From positions 849 through 64,848 of the forward strand of contig JAFYHV010000162.1 of NCBI GenBank assembly GCA_017538995.1: a DNA stretch of 64,000 nucleotides, in the 5' to 3' direction. The notes below the pieces were generated by a model, which had not been told where the DNA came from, did no database searches, and worked only from the letters and a program-made list of their open reading frames with translations. Both the position numbers and the translations under genes were made by a program. Source of the DNA: Lachnospiraceae bacterium (GTDB lineage: Bacteria > Bacillota > Clostridia > Lachnospirales > Lachnospiraceae). Positions 18,666 to 28,177 of this stretch are shown here, piece by piece. How positions within the stretch are numbered: position 1 is the stretch's first letter; the number at the start of each line of letters is the position of its first letter.

Positions 18666-19115
18666 ATGAATATAGAATTAAGACCAATTGATGATACAAC
18701 AAGAGAGGATTGTATTAAATTAAAAGTCAGTGAAAAACAGTCGTGTTATATTGACACAAATGAAAAATCGCTGGAGGCAGCAGCCGAAAATACCGATGTA
18801 GCAAGGCCATTTGTTATATATGCAGATGGCCGGCCGGTAGGTTTTACGATGTTTGCATTTGATGAAGAATATGAAGATCCTAATGACAGATACTGGTTGT
18901 GGAGATTTATGATTGATGAAAATCTTCAGGGACGCGGATATGGTAAAGAAGCATTAAAAGTAATCATTGCTTACTTTAAAGATAACGGCGCAAACAACAT
19001 CAGACTCTCTACGAAGGCTAGCAATGTGAATGCAATCGGTTTATACAAATCTTTCGGCTTTAAGGAAACCGGCGAAGTGAATGACGGAGAAGATGTATTT
19101 GAACTTAACTGGTAA
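18666..19115 (+). CDS. GNAT family N-acetyltransferase (diamine/spermidine acetyltransferase-like)
   Basis: Acetyl-CoA motif QGRGYGKEAL followed by GLYKSFGF. ATG at 18666. Confidence 0.75.
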   Translation: MNIELRPIDDTTREDCIKLKVSEKQSCYIDTNEKSLEAAAENTDVARPFVIYADGRPVGFTMFAFDEEYEDPNDRYWLWRFMIDENLQGRGYGKEALKVIIAYFKDNGANNIRLSTKASNVNAIGLYKSFGFKETGEVNDGEDVFELNW

Positions 19116-19135
19116 TCAGGTTTTGAGGTTTCATA

Positions 19136-19426
19136 ATGCTTACGGCAATAATTAGTCTAATCTTTTTATATATTTATCAATTTCCAATGGATGATGCAGC
19201 TTTTTTAATATGGCTTGTTTCATTTTTCGTTGGAATATTTATTTGCATACATGCAGATATTTTTATTTTCGCCCTTTTGCTGGAAGCGTTGGGTCAGTCG
19301 GTTAGGACCGTATTTTTGTTACTTGTTTTGTGTATTTTAATTATTGTTTTTATCCGTTCGAATAAAAGCAAAAGAAGTTTACAGGAAAAACAACAGGAAA
19401 GTTTCGATAACGAGAGGCCGGAATGA
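19136..19426 (+). CDS. small polytopic membrane protein, hypothetical
   Basis: 96 aa with three hydrophobic segments. Its stop overlaps the next start (ATGA at 19423). Confidence 0.5.
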   Translation: MLTAIISLIFLYIYQFPMDDAAFLIWLVSFFVGIFICIHADIFIFALLLEALGQSVRTVFLLLVLCILIIVFIRSNKSKRSLQEKQQESFDNERPE

Positions 19427-19866
19427 AAAATACATTACTTATCGGATTCAAAGGAAAAAATAATTCATCCAATATACTTGTTAGTTCGGTATCTTCAAAC
19501 CATATTTTATTAACTAATTCTTTTACGGGTTTGAAGAAAGATATTGAGGAGCTTTCTCCCGATTATGATGAAGTTTACTTGGTTGGAGTAAACAAGAATT
19601 TAAGTGATTCATTCAGCATTGAGTATGTTGCGGAAAAAGACGGAAAGCGACTGGAATCCAAACTTGATTTGGAGGAGTTGAAAGAACGGTTTGCTTCTTT
19701 TATGATCAAGGCAGACATATCGAAAGTTCCGTCCAAATATCTTTGCAACGAAGCGTACTGGTATTTGCTTGAAAATTATAAGGGAAACGTAGTTTTGATT
19801 CATATACCGACTGTAAAGAATTTCAAGGAAGAATGGATTGAAAGTTTTAAGAAAGCAATAAATTAA
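19423..19866 (+). CDS. shortened pyroglutamyl-peptidase (C15)-like protein
   Basis: 147 aa. LLIGFKGKNNSS aligns with Pcp LLTGFDPFGG, SIEYVA with ERVAIN (Glu), KYLCNEAYWYLL with TFVCNHLFYGLM (Cys), and VLIHIP with GFIHIP (His). Confidence 0.5.
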   Translation: MKNTLLIGFKGKNNSSNILVSSVSSNHILLTNSFTGLKKDIEELSPDYDEVYLVGVNKNLSDSFSIEYVAEKDGKRLESKLDLEELKERFASFMIKADISKVPSKYLCNEAYWYLLENYKGNVVLIHIPTVKNFKEEWIESFKKAIN

Positions 19867-19883
19867 TAAGTGGAGCTAAAAAA

Positions 19884-20417
19884 ATGGAAATACTGGAAAT
19901 AAATAAAGACAGAATAAAAGATATAAAAGGCATCAATGAGCCGTTTGAAATAATTGGAAAATTAAGACCGGCATTTGTTGATGATGAGTGGTCATTTACG
20001 GAAGAATTGCTTGCTGATCCATACATGCATTCATATGAAGAAGATGATACGGATTATTCCGAATATGTTGATAATCCTTACAAGACGGTATTCATGGCTT
20101 ATGAGGACGGTAAATTCGCAGGCAGGATAATCGTCAGAAAAGACTGGAATAAATATCTTTTTGTAGATGATATCAGCGTTTTAAAAGACTTCAGGGGAAA
20201 AGGTGTAGGCACAGCGCTTATGCAAAAAGCAGTTGAATGGGCTAAAAAAGAAGGAATGGCCGGACTTGCTTTGGAAACTCAGGACAACAATCTTTTAGCA
20301 TGCAGATTTTATTCCAAATTCGGATTTAAATTAGGAGCTGTAAATACGATGTTTTATAAAAATTTGGATAAACCTTTCTGTGATGCTACAGCTTTATATT
20401 GGTACATGAAGTTTTAA
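19884..20417 (+). CDS. streptothricin N-acetyltransferase-like GNAT (SatA/YyaR family)
   Basis: It follows my recollection of the B. subtilis SatA pattern along its whole length: NEPFEIIGKL..W.FTE, RKDWNKY..DDI.V.KDFRGKGVG.AL, LETQDNNLLACRFY..GF..GAV.TM.Y, and WYMKF at the end. Confidence 0.7.
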   Translation: MEILEINKDRIKDIKGINEPFEIIGKLRPAFVDDEWSFTEELLADPYMHSYEEDDTDYSEYVDNPYKTVFMAYEDGKFAGRIIVRKDWNKYLFVDDISVLKDFRGKGVGTALMQKAVEWAKKEGMAGLALETQDNNLLACRFYSKFGFKLGAVNTMFYKNLDKPFCDATALYWYMKF

Positions 20418-20459
20418 TCGTTTATTGGGGGGAATAAATCAAGGCAGGATTATTTAGGC

Positions 20460-21320
20460 ATGAAGGATAATTTGAAAGGAATAATTTGCATAATCATTGC
20501 GGCAGCAGGATTTTCTCTGATGACGTTTTTCGTCAGACTGTCGGGAGACATTCCTACAATGCAAAAAGCTTTCTTCAGAAATGCTTTTGCTCTTGTAATC
20601 GCAATAATTACGCTACTGGTAAAAAGACAGAAATTTGAAATCAAAAAAGAATTCGGCGCAGATATATTTTTCAGATGTCTTTTCGGAACCACGGGCCTTA
20701 TTGCAAACTTTTATGCAATCGACAAGCTTGCATTGGCGGATGCGAATATGCTAAATAAACTCTCGCCGTTTTTTGCGATTATTTTATCCATTCCGCTCCT
20801 AAAAGAAAAACCTTCAAAGACTGACGTTATAGCAACAATAATCGCTTTTGCCGGAGCACTTTTTATTATAAGGCCTACACCGCAGAACATGGTGCTCGTA
20901 CCTTCGTTAATCGGTTTGTACGGAGGATTCGGTGCAGGATGCGCATATGCTTTTGTAAGAAGAGCGACTAAGAAGGGTGCGGCAACTCCCGTGATAGTCA
21001 TCTGTTTTTCGTTGTTCTCATGCATGCTGACTCTTCCTTTTATGGTGTTTAGGTATGTGCATATGACACCACTGCAACTTCTGATCCTTATGGCAGCAGG
21101 CCTGTCGGCAGCGGTCGGACAGTTTGCGATAACAAGTGCATACAAATTTGCTCCTGCGAAAAAGCTTTCGGTATTTGATTACATTCAGGTATTGTTTGCG
21201 GCCGCATGGGGAATCATTTTCCTTCAGGAAACGCCTACGCTGTTAAGTATTATCGGATATGTAATCATTATCGGAGTGGCTGTAATACGCTGGGAGAAAG
21301 CAAGAATAGAAGAAAAATAA
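20460..21320 (+). CDS. EamA/DMT family transporter
   Basis: 286 aa with about 10 TM segments arranged as two EamA-like halves. Confidence 0.8.
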   Translation: MKDNLKGIICIIIAAAGFSLMTFFVRLSGDIPTMQKAFFRNAFALVIAIITLLVKRQKFEIKKEFGADIFFRCLFGTTGLIANFYAIDKLALADANMLNKLSPFFAIILSIPLLKEKPSKTDVIATIIAFAGALFIIRPTPQNMVLVPSLIGLYGGFGAGCAYAFVRRATKKGAATPVIVICFSLFSCMLTLPFMVFRYVHMTPLQLLILMAAGLSAAVGQFAITSAYKFAPAKKLSVFDYIQVLFAAAWGIIFLQETPTLLSIIGYVIIIGVAVIRWEKARIEEK

Positions 21321-21344
21321 ATCTATTTATTTTAGGAGAACGCG

Positions 21345-21860
21345 ATGAGCGAATACATTGTCAGAGATGTTCGGATTGAAGACGCCGAACGACTGGTTGA
21401 AATCTATTCATATTATGTTTTAAATACAGCAGTTTCATTCGAGTACGAAGTTCCTTCGGTAAGCGAATTTGAGGAAAGAATAAAGCATACTATAGAGAAA
21501 TATCCATACCTTGTATGTGAAAAAGATAATAAAATAGTTGGCTATGTTTACGCAGGTGCGTACAGTGTTCGTGAAGCGTATACCTGGACCGCTACAACAT
21601 CGATTTATCTGGATAAGGACTATCGAAGACAGGGTATCGGAGCTTTGTTATATAAGGAAATAGAGAAGCGCCTAAAAGAAAAAGGCATTATCAATCTTTT
21701 AGCTGGTGTTGCTTACGTGGAAGACGAGGATGAATATCTCTCGCACGACAGCTGTAAATTCCATGAAAATCAGGGATACACGGAAGTTGCACACATGAAA
21801 ACCGTCGGTAAGAAATTTGACAGATGGTACGATCTTTTATGGTATCAGAAGAAAATATAA
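21345..21860 (+). CDS. phosphinothricin/methionine-sulfoximine N-acetyltransferase-like GNAT (PAT family)
   Basis: IRDVRIEDAERLVEIYSYYVLNTAVSFEYEVPSVSEFEERI and RRQGIGALLY are the PAT/Bar family pattern. Confidence 0.75.
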   Translation: MSEYIVRDVRIEDAERLVEIYSYYVLNTAVSFEYEVPSVSEFEERIKHTIEKYPYLVCEKDNKIVGYVYAGAYSVREAYTWTATTSIYLDKDYRRQGIGALLYKEIEKRLKEKGIINLLAGVAYVEDEDEYLSHDSCKFHENQGYTEVAHMKTVGKKFDRWYDLLWYQKKI

Positions 21861-21870
21861 GAGGTGGAAT

Positions 21871-22314
21871 ATGACACACAAAGAAAAAGCATTAGTTTAT
21901 TTTGGTAACAAATTTCATTGTTCGCAGTCAGTTCTGGCAGCGTTTGCAGACGAAGTAGGATTAAGCGAAGAACAGGCATTAAAACTCGGAGCATGCTTTG
22001 GCGGCGGAATGCGTCAGGGCGAAGTTTGCGGTGCAGCTACGGGCGCACTTATGGTGTTAGGAATGCTTTACGGTCAGTTCGATAAGGATGATCTTGAAAG
22101 CAGAATGACAGCCAATAAAGTAAATGATGAGATGATGAAAAGGTTCAAAGAAAAGAACGGAACATATATCTGCAACGATTTGCTCGGATGTGATATTTCT
22201 TCACCTGAGGGAGTTCAGTATTGCATTGAGAATAAACTCTTCACTGAATTCTGCCCCAAGATGGTTGAAAGTGCGATTGAAATACTGGAAGAGATAATTG
22301 CGGAAAATAAGTAA
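21871..22314 (+). CDS. C_GCAxxG_C_C family redox-active protein
   Basis: FHCSQSVL and CGAATGALMVLG motifs plus a C-terminal Cys. The ATG at 21871 follows AGAGGTGG; the track start at 21817 overlaps the PAT gene. Confidence 0.75.
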   Translation: MTHKEKALVYFGNKFHCSQSVLAAFADEVGLSEEQALKLGACFGGGMRQGEVCGAATGALMVLGMLYGQFDKDDLESRMTANKVNDEMMKRFKEKNGTYICNDLLGCDISSPEGVQYCIENKLFTEFCPKMVESAIEILEEIIAENK

Positions 22315-22416
22315 TTCAGAGGATTTAGGTATGAGTGAAAGAACCTTCCGGGGCACAATCGCTACGAGAGGTCAGATCTGGATGTGTTGAATTGATATTT
22401 TAGGAGGAAAACCATT

Positions 22417-22710
22417 ATGAAGAAAATTATGAAAAAACATTTTCCTTTTAAAGACAAACCGAATACAGCCTGTTTTACCTGCAGCCATGTGTTAGAAGAA
22501 CACAAGCCAATCCTTTATGTATCTCACGATGACGAGGGATACTGGTCGTTTCTCTGTGGCGGAAGTCATACCGAAAAAGACCTTAGATTAGTTGCGCTCG
22601 CTGAGATTCTGGACATTGACAGTTCCATGGCTGATTTGGCCGGCCTTGATTACGGACAGTATGCTGAAGCCGAAGATGCGCAGAGCAACTGGATTGTTGG
22701 GAGAGAATAA
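22417..22710 (+). CDS. hypothetical protein (DUF2185-like)
   Basis: 97 aa with an AGGAGG RBS. CFTCSHV..HDDEGYWSFLCG pattern. Confidence 0.5.
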   Translation: MKKIMKKHFPFKDKPNTACFTCSHVLEEHKPILYVSHDDEGYWSFLCGGSHTEKDLRLVALAEILDIDSSMADLAGLDYGQYAEAEDAQSNWIVGRE

Positions 22711-22711
22711 A

Positions 22712-23227
22712 TTGGAACTCATAAAAGAAATATTTGGCAGTGTAAAAATATATAAACTAAAATCACGTGATGACAACAGAGGCAATCTGACATATGTCTG
22801 TGATGACAGTATAGACGGATTTAAGGCGAAGGAAACGCGTACATATAAAATGCCCAAGGCGGGAACTTTCTTTGGCATTCATTATCGCGAAGAGATTTCT
22901 CCGATGGCTAAGTTTGTAACTGTTATCCAGGGCAAAGGAATGGACTATGTCGTTGATTTAAGAAAGGATTCACCTACATATTTACAATACGAATCATTTG
23001 AATTATCAGAAGAAAACAACTTAGCGGTCCTTGTTCCCGCAGGAATCGGACACGCGTTTATATCGCTGGAAGACAATACAATTCAGGTTTATACAATAGA
23101 CAGAAGCGGAAACGACGGTCACTCAAAACAGATTAATTATGCAGATGAAAAGATAGGACTAAAGCTTCCTGTACCAATCAGCGAGATATCCAATTACGAC
23201 CAAAACGCACCATTTATAGCGGAATAA
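22712..23227 (+). CDS. RmlC-like cupin (dTDP-4-dehydrorhamnose 3,5-epimerase family)
   Basis: DNRGNL, FGIHY, DYVVDLRKDSPTY and PAGIGHAF motifs. The TTG at 22712 follows GGGAGAG; the track start at 22592 overlaps the previous gene. Confidence 0.65.
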   Translation: MELIKEIFGSVKIYKLKSRDDNRGNLTYVCDDSIDGFKAKETRTYKMPKAGTFFGIHYREEISPMAKFVTVIQGKGMDYVVDLRKDSPTYLQYESFELSEENNLAVLVPAGIGHAFISLEDNTIQVYTIDRSGNDGHSKQINYADEKIGLKLPVPISEISNYDQNAPFIAE

Positions 23228-23445
23228 AAGGCTTCTTTACCACTTTAATTTGGTAAAATATAATAAAAGAAACATCAAACAATTAGTAAATATTCACAAT
23301 AAAAAGGACAAAAGGTGGAAAAGTCTGTGAATTCTGCAAATTGTTTCAGATAATGTAGCATGCTATAATCAGTCAAACATAATGAAGAGGGGTCACAATC
23401 ACGAAGGTAACTTGCGGGGCAGACTTGAAGAAAGGAAGTGATTGT

Positions 23446-23631
23446 ATGAACTACATTATCGAAATCGAAAAAGGTCTTTGGTTTTTAGGATGGTCGCCGC
23501 TTGACGGAACCATGCAGACAACAAGTAAAATCGGTCTGGCCTATCGTATGAGAAGAACGGTAGCGCAAAGAACTCTTCCGAAGGTTGTCGAAAAGTACGG
23601 TAACGGTCATATTATGGCATCAGCGATTTAA
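23446..23631 (+). CDS. hypothetical small protein
   Basis: 61 aa. The ATG follows AAGGAAG, and a strong terminator follows the gene. Confidence 0.4.
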   Translation: MNYIIEIEKGLWFLGWSPLDGTMQTTSKIGLAYRMRRTVAQRTLPKVVEKYGNGHIMASAI

Positions 23632-23653
23632 CCAAATATATTTAACAAAGCCG

Positions 23654-23686
23654 GATCTCCCGTCAGTGTACGGGAGATCTTTTTTT
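23654..23686 (+). terminator. intrinsic terminator
   Basis: GATCTCCCGT / ACGGGAGATC stem followed by TTTTTTT. Confidence 0.85.
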
Positions 23687-23725
23687 GTGCTTTTTAAAAA
23701 AATTCAAAAAATTTTAAATTACCTA

Positions 23726-23754
23726 TTGACATAGTAGGTTGAAAGTTGTATTTT
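23726..23754 (+). promoter_or_regulatory. candidate sigma-A promoter of the metY-cysK operon
   Basis: TTGACA (23726-23731), a 17 nt spacer, then TATTTT (23749-23754). Confidence 0.4.
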
Positions 23755-23832
23755 ATATTTACCGACCAACGAGGTGGGTAAAAGAAAAGCACCGGCTGAT
23801 GGCTTTAAGTCAGCAAAGAATGAGAGGACAAA

Positions 23833-23919
23833 ATGGCAAAGGATTTTATAATCAATTTTGTAAAAAATATACTGTTGATTCGAATGTGCTCACGATGTCG
23901 ATGTTGCAGCGTGAATTAA
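23833..23919 (+). CDS. candidate Cys-rich upstream ORF (28 aa) in the metY-cysK leader
   Basis: GAGAGGA lies 4 nt upstream. The peptide is MAKDFIINFVKNILLIRMCSRCRCCSVN, with 4 Cys and 1 Met in the last 11 codons. Confidence 0.35.
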   Translation: MAKDFIINFVKNILLIRMCSRCRCCSVN

Positions 23920-23998
23920 GATGAACAAAGATTCATCAAAAAAGAGAAAATGAATGATTAAAATAATTAACAGTATATAACGAAAGGAAATAAATAAA

Positions 23999-25282
23999 AT
24001 GAGCGATTACAGATTTGAAACATTACAGATACATGTTGGACAGGAGAGCCCCGACATCTCCACAGATGCGAGAGCGGTTCCCATCTACGCAACCACATCC
24101 TACGTATTTAAGGATTCCAAGACAGCAGCAGGAAGATTCGGACTTACAGAGAGCGGTAACATTTACACCAGACTCATGAACCCCACTTCCGATGTTTTTG
24201 AAAAAAGAATTGCAGCACTTGAAGGCGGTATCGGAGCACTTGCTACAGCTTCAGGTTCATCGGCAATCACATATGCGATTCAGAATATCGCAACCACAGG
24301 AGATCACATCGTAGCTTCCAAGAACCTTTACGGCGGAACTTACAACCTTCTCGCACACACACTCAAAGATCAGGGACTTACAACCACATTCGTAGATCCT
24401 TCCGATCCCGAGAATTTTGAAAAAGCAATTAAGGACAATACAAAGCTTCTTTATGCAGAGACTCTTGGCAATCCCAACTCGGATATTGCAGATCTCGAAG
24501 CAATTTCGGCAATTGCACACAAGCACGGAATTCCGCTTATTGTTGACTCTACATTTGCTACTCCTTATCTTCTTCGTCCGATTGAACACGGCGCAGATAT
24601 AGTGGTACATTCCGCTACCAAGTTCATCGGCGGACACGGAACGGTAATGGGCGGTGTCATCGTTGACGGCGGTAAGTTTGACTGGGCTCAGAATGATAAA
24701 TTCCCCGGCCTTTCCAAACCCAATCCTTCATATCACGGAATCGTATTTACGGATGCAGTCGGTGCGGCAGCTTATATCATAAAATTAAGAACAACCATCA
24801 TGAGAGATCAAGGAGCTGCATTATCACCTTTCAACTCATTCCTTCTTATCCAGGGTCTTGAAACACTCTCACTCAGAGTGGAAAGACATGTTGAGAATGC
24901 TTTGAAGGTAATCGATTATTTAAGCAAACATCCTCAGGTAGAGAGAGTAAACCATCCTTCAGTTGAAGGCGGAAGACAGAAAGAACTTTATGATCAGTAC
25001 TTCCCTAACGGAGCAGGTTCAATCTTTACATTTGATATAAAGGGCGATGCAAACACAGCAAGAAAGTTCACTGAAAGCCTTAAGCTTTTCTCACTTCTTG
25101 CAAACGTTGCGGATGTTAAATCACTCGTTATTCATCCCGCATCAACCACACACTCACAGCTTAGCGAAGAAGAACTTCTCGATGCAGGTATCAGACCTAA
25201 TACCGTAAGACTTTCAATCGGTACAGAGCACATTGATGATATCATCGAAGATCTCGAGCAGGCATTTAAAGCAGTTTTATAA
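23999..25282 (+). CDS. metY: O-acetylhomoserine sulfhydrylase (aminocarboxypropyltransferase)
   Basis: 427 aa. The opening [11 protein letters not shown] and the PLP-lysine region [11 protein letters not shown]. Confidence 0.9.
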   Translation: MSDYRFETLQIHVGQESPDISTDARAVPIYATTSYVFKDSKTAAGRFGLTESGNIYTRLMNPTSDVFEKRIAALEGGIGALATASGSSAITYAIQNIATTGDHIVASKNLYGGTYNLLAHTLKDQGLTTTFVDPSDPENFEKAIKDNTKLLYAETLGNPNSDIADLEAISAIAHKHGIPLIVDSTFATPYLLRPIEHGADIVVHSATKFIGGHGTVMGGVIVDGGKFDWAQNDKFPGLSKPNPSYHGIVFTDAVGAAAYIIKLRTTIMRDQGAALSPFNSFLLIQGLETLSLRVERHVENALKVIDYLSKHPQVERVNHPSVEGGRQKELYDQYFPNGAGSIFTFDIKGDANTARKFTESLKLFSLLANVADVKSLVIHPASTTHSQLSEEELLDAGIRPNTVRLSIGTEHIDDIIEDLEQAFKAVL

Positions 25283-25331
25283 TTTGATATAATACAGTTT
25301 AAAGAATCTAGGATTCGGAAAGGAATTAATC

Positions 25332-26264
25332 ATGGGAAAAATATATACATCAGCAGATCAGTTAGTAGGAAAGACTCCTCTTTTGGAGCTCACACATATC
25401 GAAGCAGCAGAAAAGCTTGAAGCTAAAATTTATGCAAAGCTTGAGTACTTTAATCCTGCAGGTTCCGTAAAAGACAGAATCGCCAAAGCCATGCTTGACG
25501 ATGCAGAAGCTAAAGGACTTGTAAATGCCGATACAACAATCATCGAGCCTACATCAGGCAACACAGGTATCGGTCTTGCTTCCGTAGCGGCAGCAAGAGG
25601 ATATAAAATTATCATTGTCATGCCCGAAACAATGTCAGTTGAAAGAAGACAGCTTATGAAGGCTTACGGCGCTAGCCTTGAGCTTACAGAAGGCTCAAAG
25701 GGTATGAAGGGTGCAATTGCTAAGGCAGAAGAACTTGCAAAGGAAATTCCCAACAGCTTTATCCCTTCACAGTTTACAAACGCAGCAAATCCCAAGGCTC
25801 ATTTTGAGACCACAGGTCCTGAAATCTGGGAAGATACAGACGGAAACGTAGATATCTTTGTAGCAGGCGTAGGTACCGGCGGAACAGTTACAGGCGTAGG
25901 CGAGTTCCTTAAATCAAAGAAGGCAGCAGTTAAGGTTGTTGCGGTTGAGCCCGCAGATTCACCCGTTCTTTCAAAAGGCACTGCAGGCAGCCATAAGATT
26001 CAGGGTATCGGTGCAGGATTTGTTCCCGATGTACTTAACACAAAGATTTATGATGAAATCATCGCAGTTACAAACGATGCAGCTTTCGAGACAGGCAGAC
26101 TTGTCGGAACCAAGGAAGGTGTTCTCGTAGGTATTTCATCAGGCGCAGCACTTTTCGCAGCAATCGAACTTGCAAAGAGAGCAGAAAACAAGGGCAAGAA
26201 CATTGTTGTTCTTCTTCCCGACACAGGAGACAGATATCTTTCAACAGCTCTTTTTGCCAACTAA
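25332..26264 (+). CDS. cysK: cysteine synthase A (O-acetylserine sulfhydrylase)
   Basis: [25 protein letters not shown] and GVGTGGT motifs; 310 aa. Confidence 0.92.
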   Translation: MGKIYTSADQLVGKTPLLELTHIEAAEKLEAKIYAKLEYFNPAGSVKDRIAKAMLDDAEAKGLVNADTTIIEPTSGNTGIGLASVAAARGYKIIIVMPETMSVERRQLMKAYGASLELTEGSKGMKGAIAKAEELAKEIPNSFIPSQFTNAANPKAHFETTGPEIWEDTDGNVDIFVAGVGTGGTVTGVGEFLKSKKAAVKVVAVEPADSPVLSKGTAGSHKIQGIGAGFVPDVLNTKIYDEIIAVTNDAAFETGRLVGTKEGVLVGISSGAALFAAIELAKRAENKGKNIVVLLPDTGDRYLSTALFAN

Positions 26265-26281
26265 TTAGAGGTATTTATTTT

Positions 26282-26704
26282 ATGATGGTTTCCACAAGGG
26301 GCAGATATGCGCTCAGGGTTATGATCGATATTGCAGAGCATAGTAACGGAAATTATGTTGCCATGCACGAAGTTGCCGCTAGGCAGGACATATCACTTAA
26401 ATATCTTGAGAGAATTCTGCCGATGCTTGTTAAGGCTAAGTTAATAGAGGGAGTACACGGAAAGGGCGGCGGTTATCATTTGACCAGAAAGCCGTCACAG
26501 TATACGGTCGGCGAAATATTAAGACTGACCGAAGGAGATCTCGCTCCCGTAAGCTGCTTAGACTGCAAGGGTCCCGAATGCAACAGAAAGGCAGAATGCA
26601 GAACGCTTCCGATGTGGGAAAAAATAGACAAAATCGTAAACGATTATTTTGACTCGGTCACAATAGAAGACCTGATGTACAAAGACATAACAGCCAACAT
26701 ATAA
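26282..26704 (+). CDS. Rrf2 family transcriptional regulator (CymR/IscR-like)
   Basis: The N-terminus STRGRYALRVMIDIA is the winged-HTH region. A Cys cluster CLDCKGPECNRKAEC follows. The gene lies next to cysK. Confidence 0.85.
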   Translation: MMVSTRGRYALRVMIDIAEHSNGNYVAMHEVAARQDISLKYLERILPMLVKAKLIEGVHGKGGGYHLTRKPSQYTVGEILRLTEGDLAPVSCLDCKGPECNRKAECRTLPMWEKIDKIVNDYFDSVTIEDLMYKDITANI

Positions 26705-26710
26705 AGAATA

Positions 26711-26738
26711 AACCGCTCGTTTGGGCGGTTTTTCTTTT
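26711..26738 (+). terminator. intrinsic terminator after the Rrf2 gene
   Basis: AACCGC / GCGGTT stem followed by TTTTCTTTT. Confidence 0.6.
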
Positions 26739-26871
26739 GCGTATAATCGGTTGTATCAAAGACATAAAAATGGTAAATTTATTGTAAGAAAATGAATCAT
26801 AAAAGTTATGAAAAATCTTAAAAAAACCGATAAATAATTAAATGTGTAAAAAAGATGTTTTGAGGTAAAAA

Positions 26872-28155
26872 ATGCCGGGAATCAACGAACTCATTTTACA
26901 AATTGAATCAGGTACGCTGGACGACCAGTTCGCCGATGTTTACAAGGACGAAAACGCCATCAGATATCAGAGAATCAGATATACCGATGCTCTAATAAAA
27001 TTCAGGGATCTTTATAAAACTGAAGATTTCTGTATTTTTTCTGCGCCCGGAAGAAGCGAGGTTATGGGCAATCATACCGATCACCAGCATGGAGAAGTGC
27101 TTGCTGCAGGAATCAATCTGGATGCAATTGCAATCGTTAATAAGACCGACAGCAAGCTAATCAGGATTGTATCCGGCGATTATCCCATGATGAAAGTCGA
27201 CGTAAGCAGCCTCAACAAACAAAAGTCAAAAAAAGGCTCAAGTGAAGCTCTGATAGAAGGTATCTGCAAATATTTCTTTGATAAAGGGTATGCGGTCGGC
27301 GGATTCGATGCATATGTTACCAGCGATGTAATAGTTGGCGCAGGTCTGTCTTCCTCAGCAGCATTTGAGACGCTTATAGGAACGGTTGTATCGCATCTTT
27401 TTAACAACGGATATTTTAAGGATACAGAGATAGCAATAGCAGGCCAGTATGCGGAAAATGTATACTTCGGCAAACCCTGCGGACTGATGGATCAGATGGC
27501 ATGTTCGCTCGGCGGTCTGGTGCATGTTGATTTTGCGGATGAGAGCAATCCGATATCGGAAAAGATTATGTACGATTTATCAGACAACGGATATTCGCTC
27601 TGCATTACCGATACCAAGGGTTCGCATGCAAATCTGACCGATGAGTATGCAGCCATTCCGAAGGAAATGAAAGAGGTTGCATCATTCTTCGGAAAAGATT
27701 ATTTACTTGGTGTGACATTAGATGAACTGCTTGCAAACGCTTCTAAAATCCGTGCACAGTTTTCTGACAGAGCACTGCTTCGCGCAATACATTTTGTAAA
27801 CGAAAATGAGAGAGTTAAAAAAGGTGTTGAGGCACTTAAGAATAATGATACAAATGAGTTTTTAAAACTTGTCAGAGAGTCAGGCAAATCATCGTTTGAG
27901 TATCTTCAAAACGTATATGCGGTGAATGATTATCTCAATCAGAATTTGTCTCTGGCTCTTGCAATCAGTGACAGTATTCTGGATAAAAATGAGGAGGCAT
28001 TCAGAGTTCACGGCGGCGGATTTGCAGGAACGATTCAGGCGTTTGTCAAAAACGAAAACGTACAGGCTTACAAGGAAAAACTTGATGCCGTATTCGGAGA
28101 TAATTCCTGCCATGTACTTAAGGTACGAAAGTACGGAGGAATAAGGATTTTATAA
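26872..28155 (+). CDS. galK: galactokinase-family GHMP sugar kinase
   Basis: APGRSEVMGNHTDHQHG (galactokinase signature region) and the GHMP motif GAGLSSSAAFE. Confidence 0.8.
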   Translation: MPGINELILQIESGTLDDQFADVYKDENAIRYQRIRYTDALIKFRDLYKTEDFCIFSAPGRSEVMGNHTDHQHGEVLAAGINLDAIAIVNKTDSKLIRIVSGDYPMMKVDVSSLNKQKSKKGSSEALIEGICKYFFDKGYAVGGFDAYVTSDVIVGAGLSSSAAFETLIGTVVSHLFNNGYFKDTEIAIAGQYAENVYFGKPCGLMDQMACSLGGLVHVDFADESNPISEKIMYDLSDNGYSLCITDTKGSHANLTDEYAAIPKEMKEVASFFGKDYLLGVTLDELLANASKIRAQFSDRALLRAIHFVNENERVKKGVEALKNNDTNEFLKLVRESGKSSFEYLQNVYAVNDYLNQNLSLALAISDSILDKNEEAFRVHGGGFAGTIQAFVKNENVQAYKEKLDAVFGDNSCHVLKVRKYGGIRIL

Positions 28156-28177
28156 AATAAATTTTGTGAGGGTTACA

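Noticed and set aside
23739-23924. 61-aa track ORF in the metY leader.
   Set aside because: Its TTG start lies inside the predicted promoter spacer/-10 region and has no RBS. The differently framed 28-codon ORF at 23833 has the RBS.
23920-23937. Hairpin GATGAA-CAAAGA-TTCATC after the Cys-rich ORF, considered as an attenuator terminator.
   Set aside because: It has only 6 bp and is followed by an A-run rather than a U-run on the transcribed strand.
23762-23998. SAM-I (S-box), SAM-III or Met T-box upstream of metY.
   Set aside because: I could not find the GAGGGA..GCCC / GGUGCUAA S-box core or a GGGTGGNACCGCG T-box sequence. An Rfam scan is needed for certainty.
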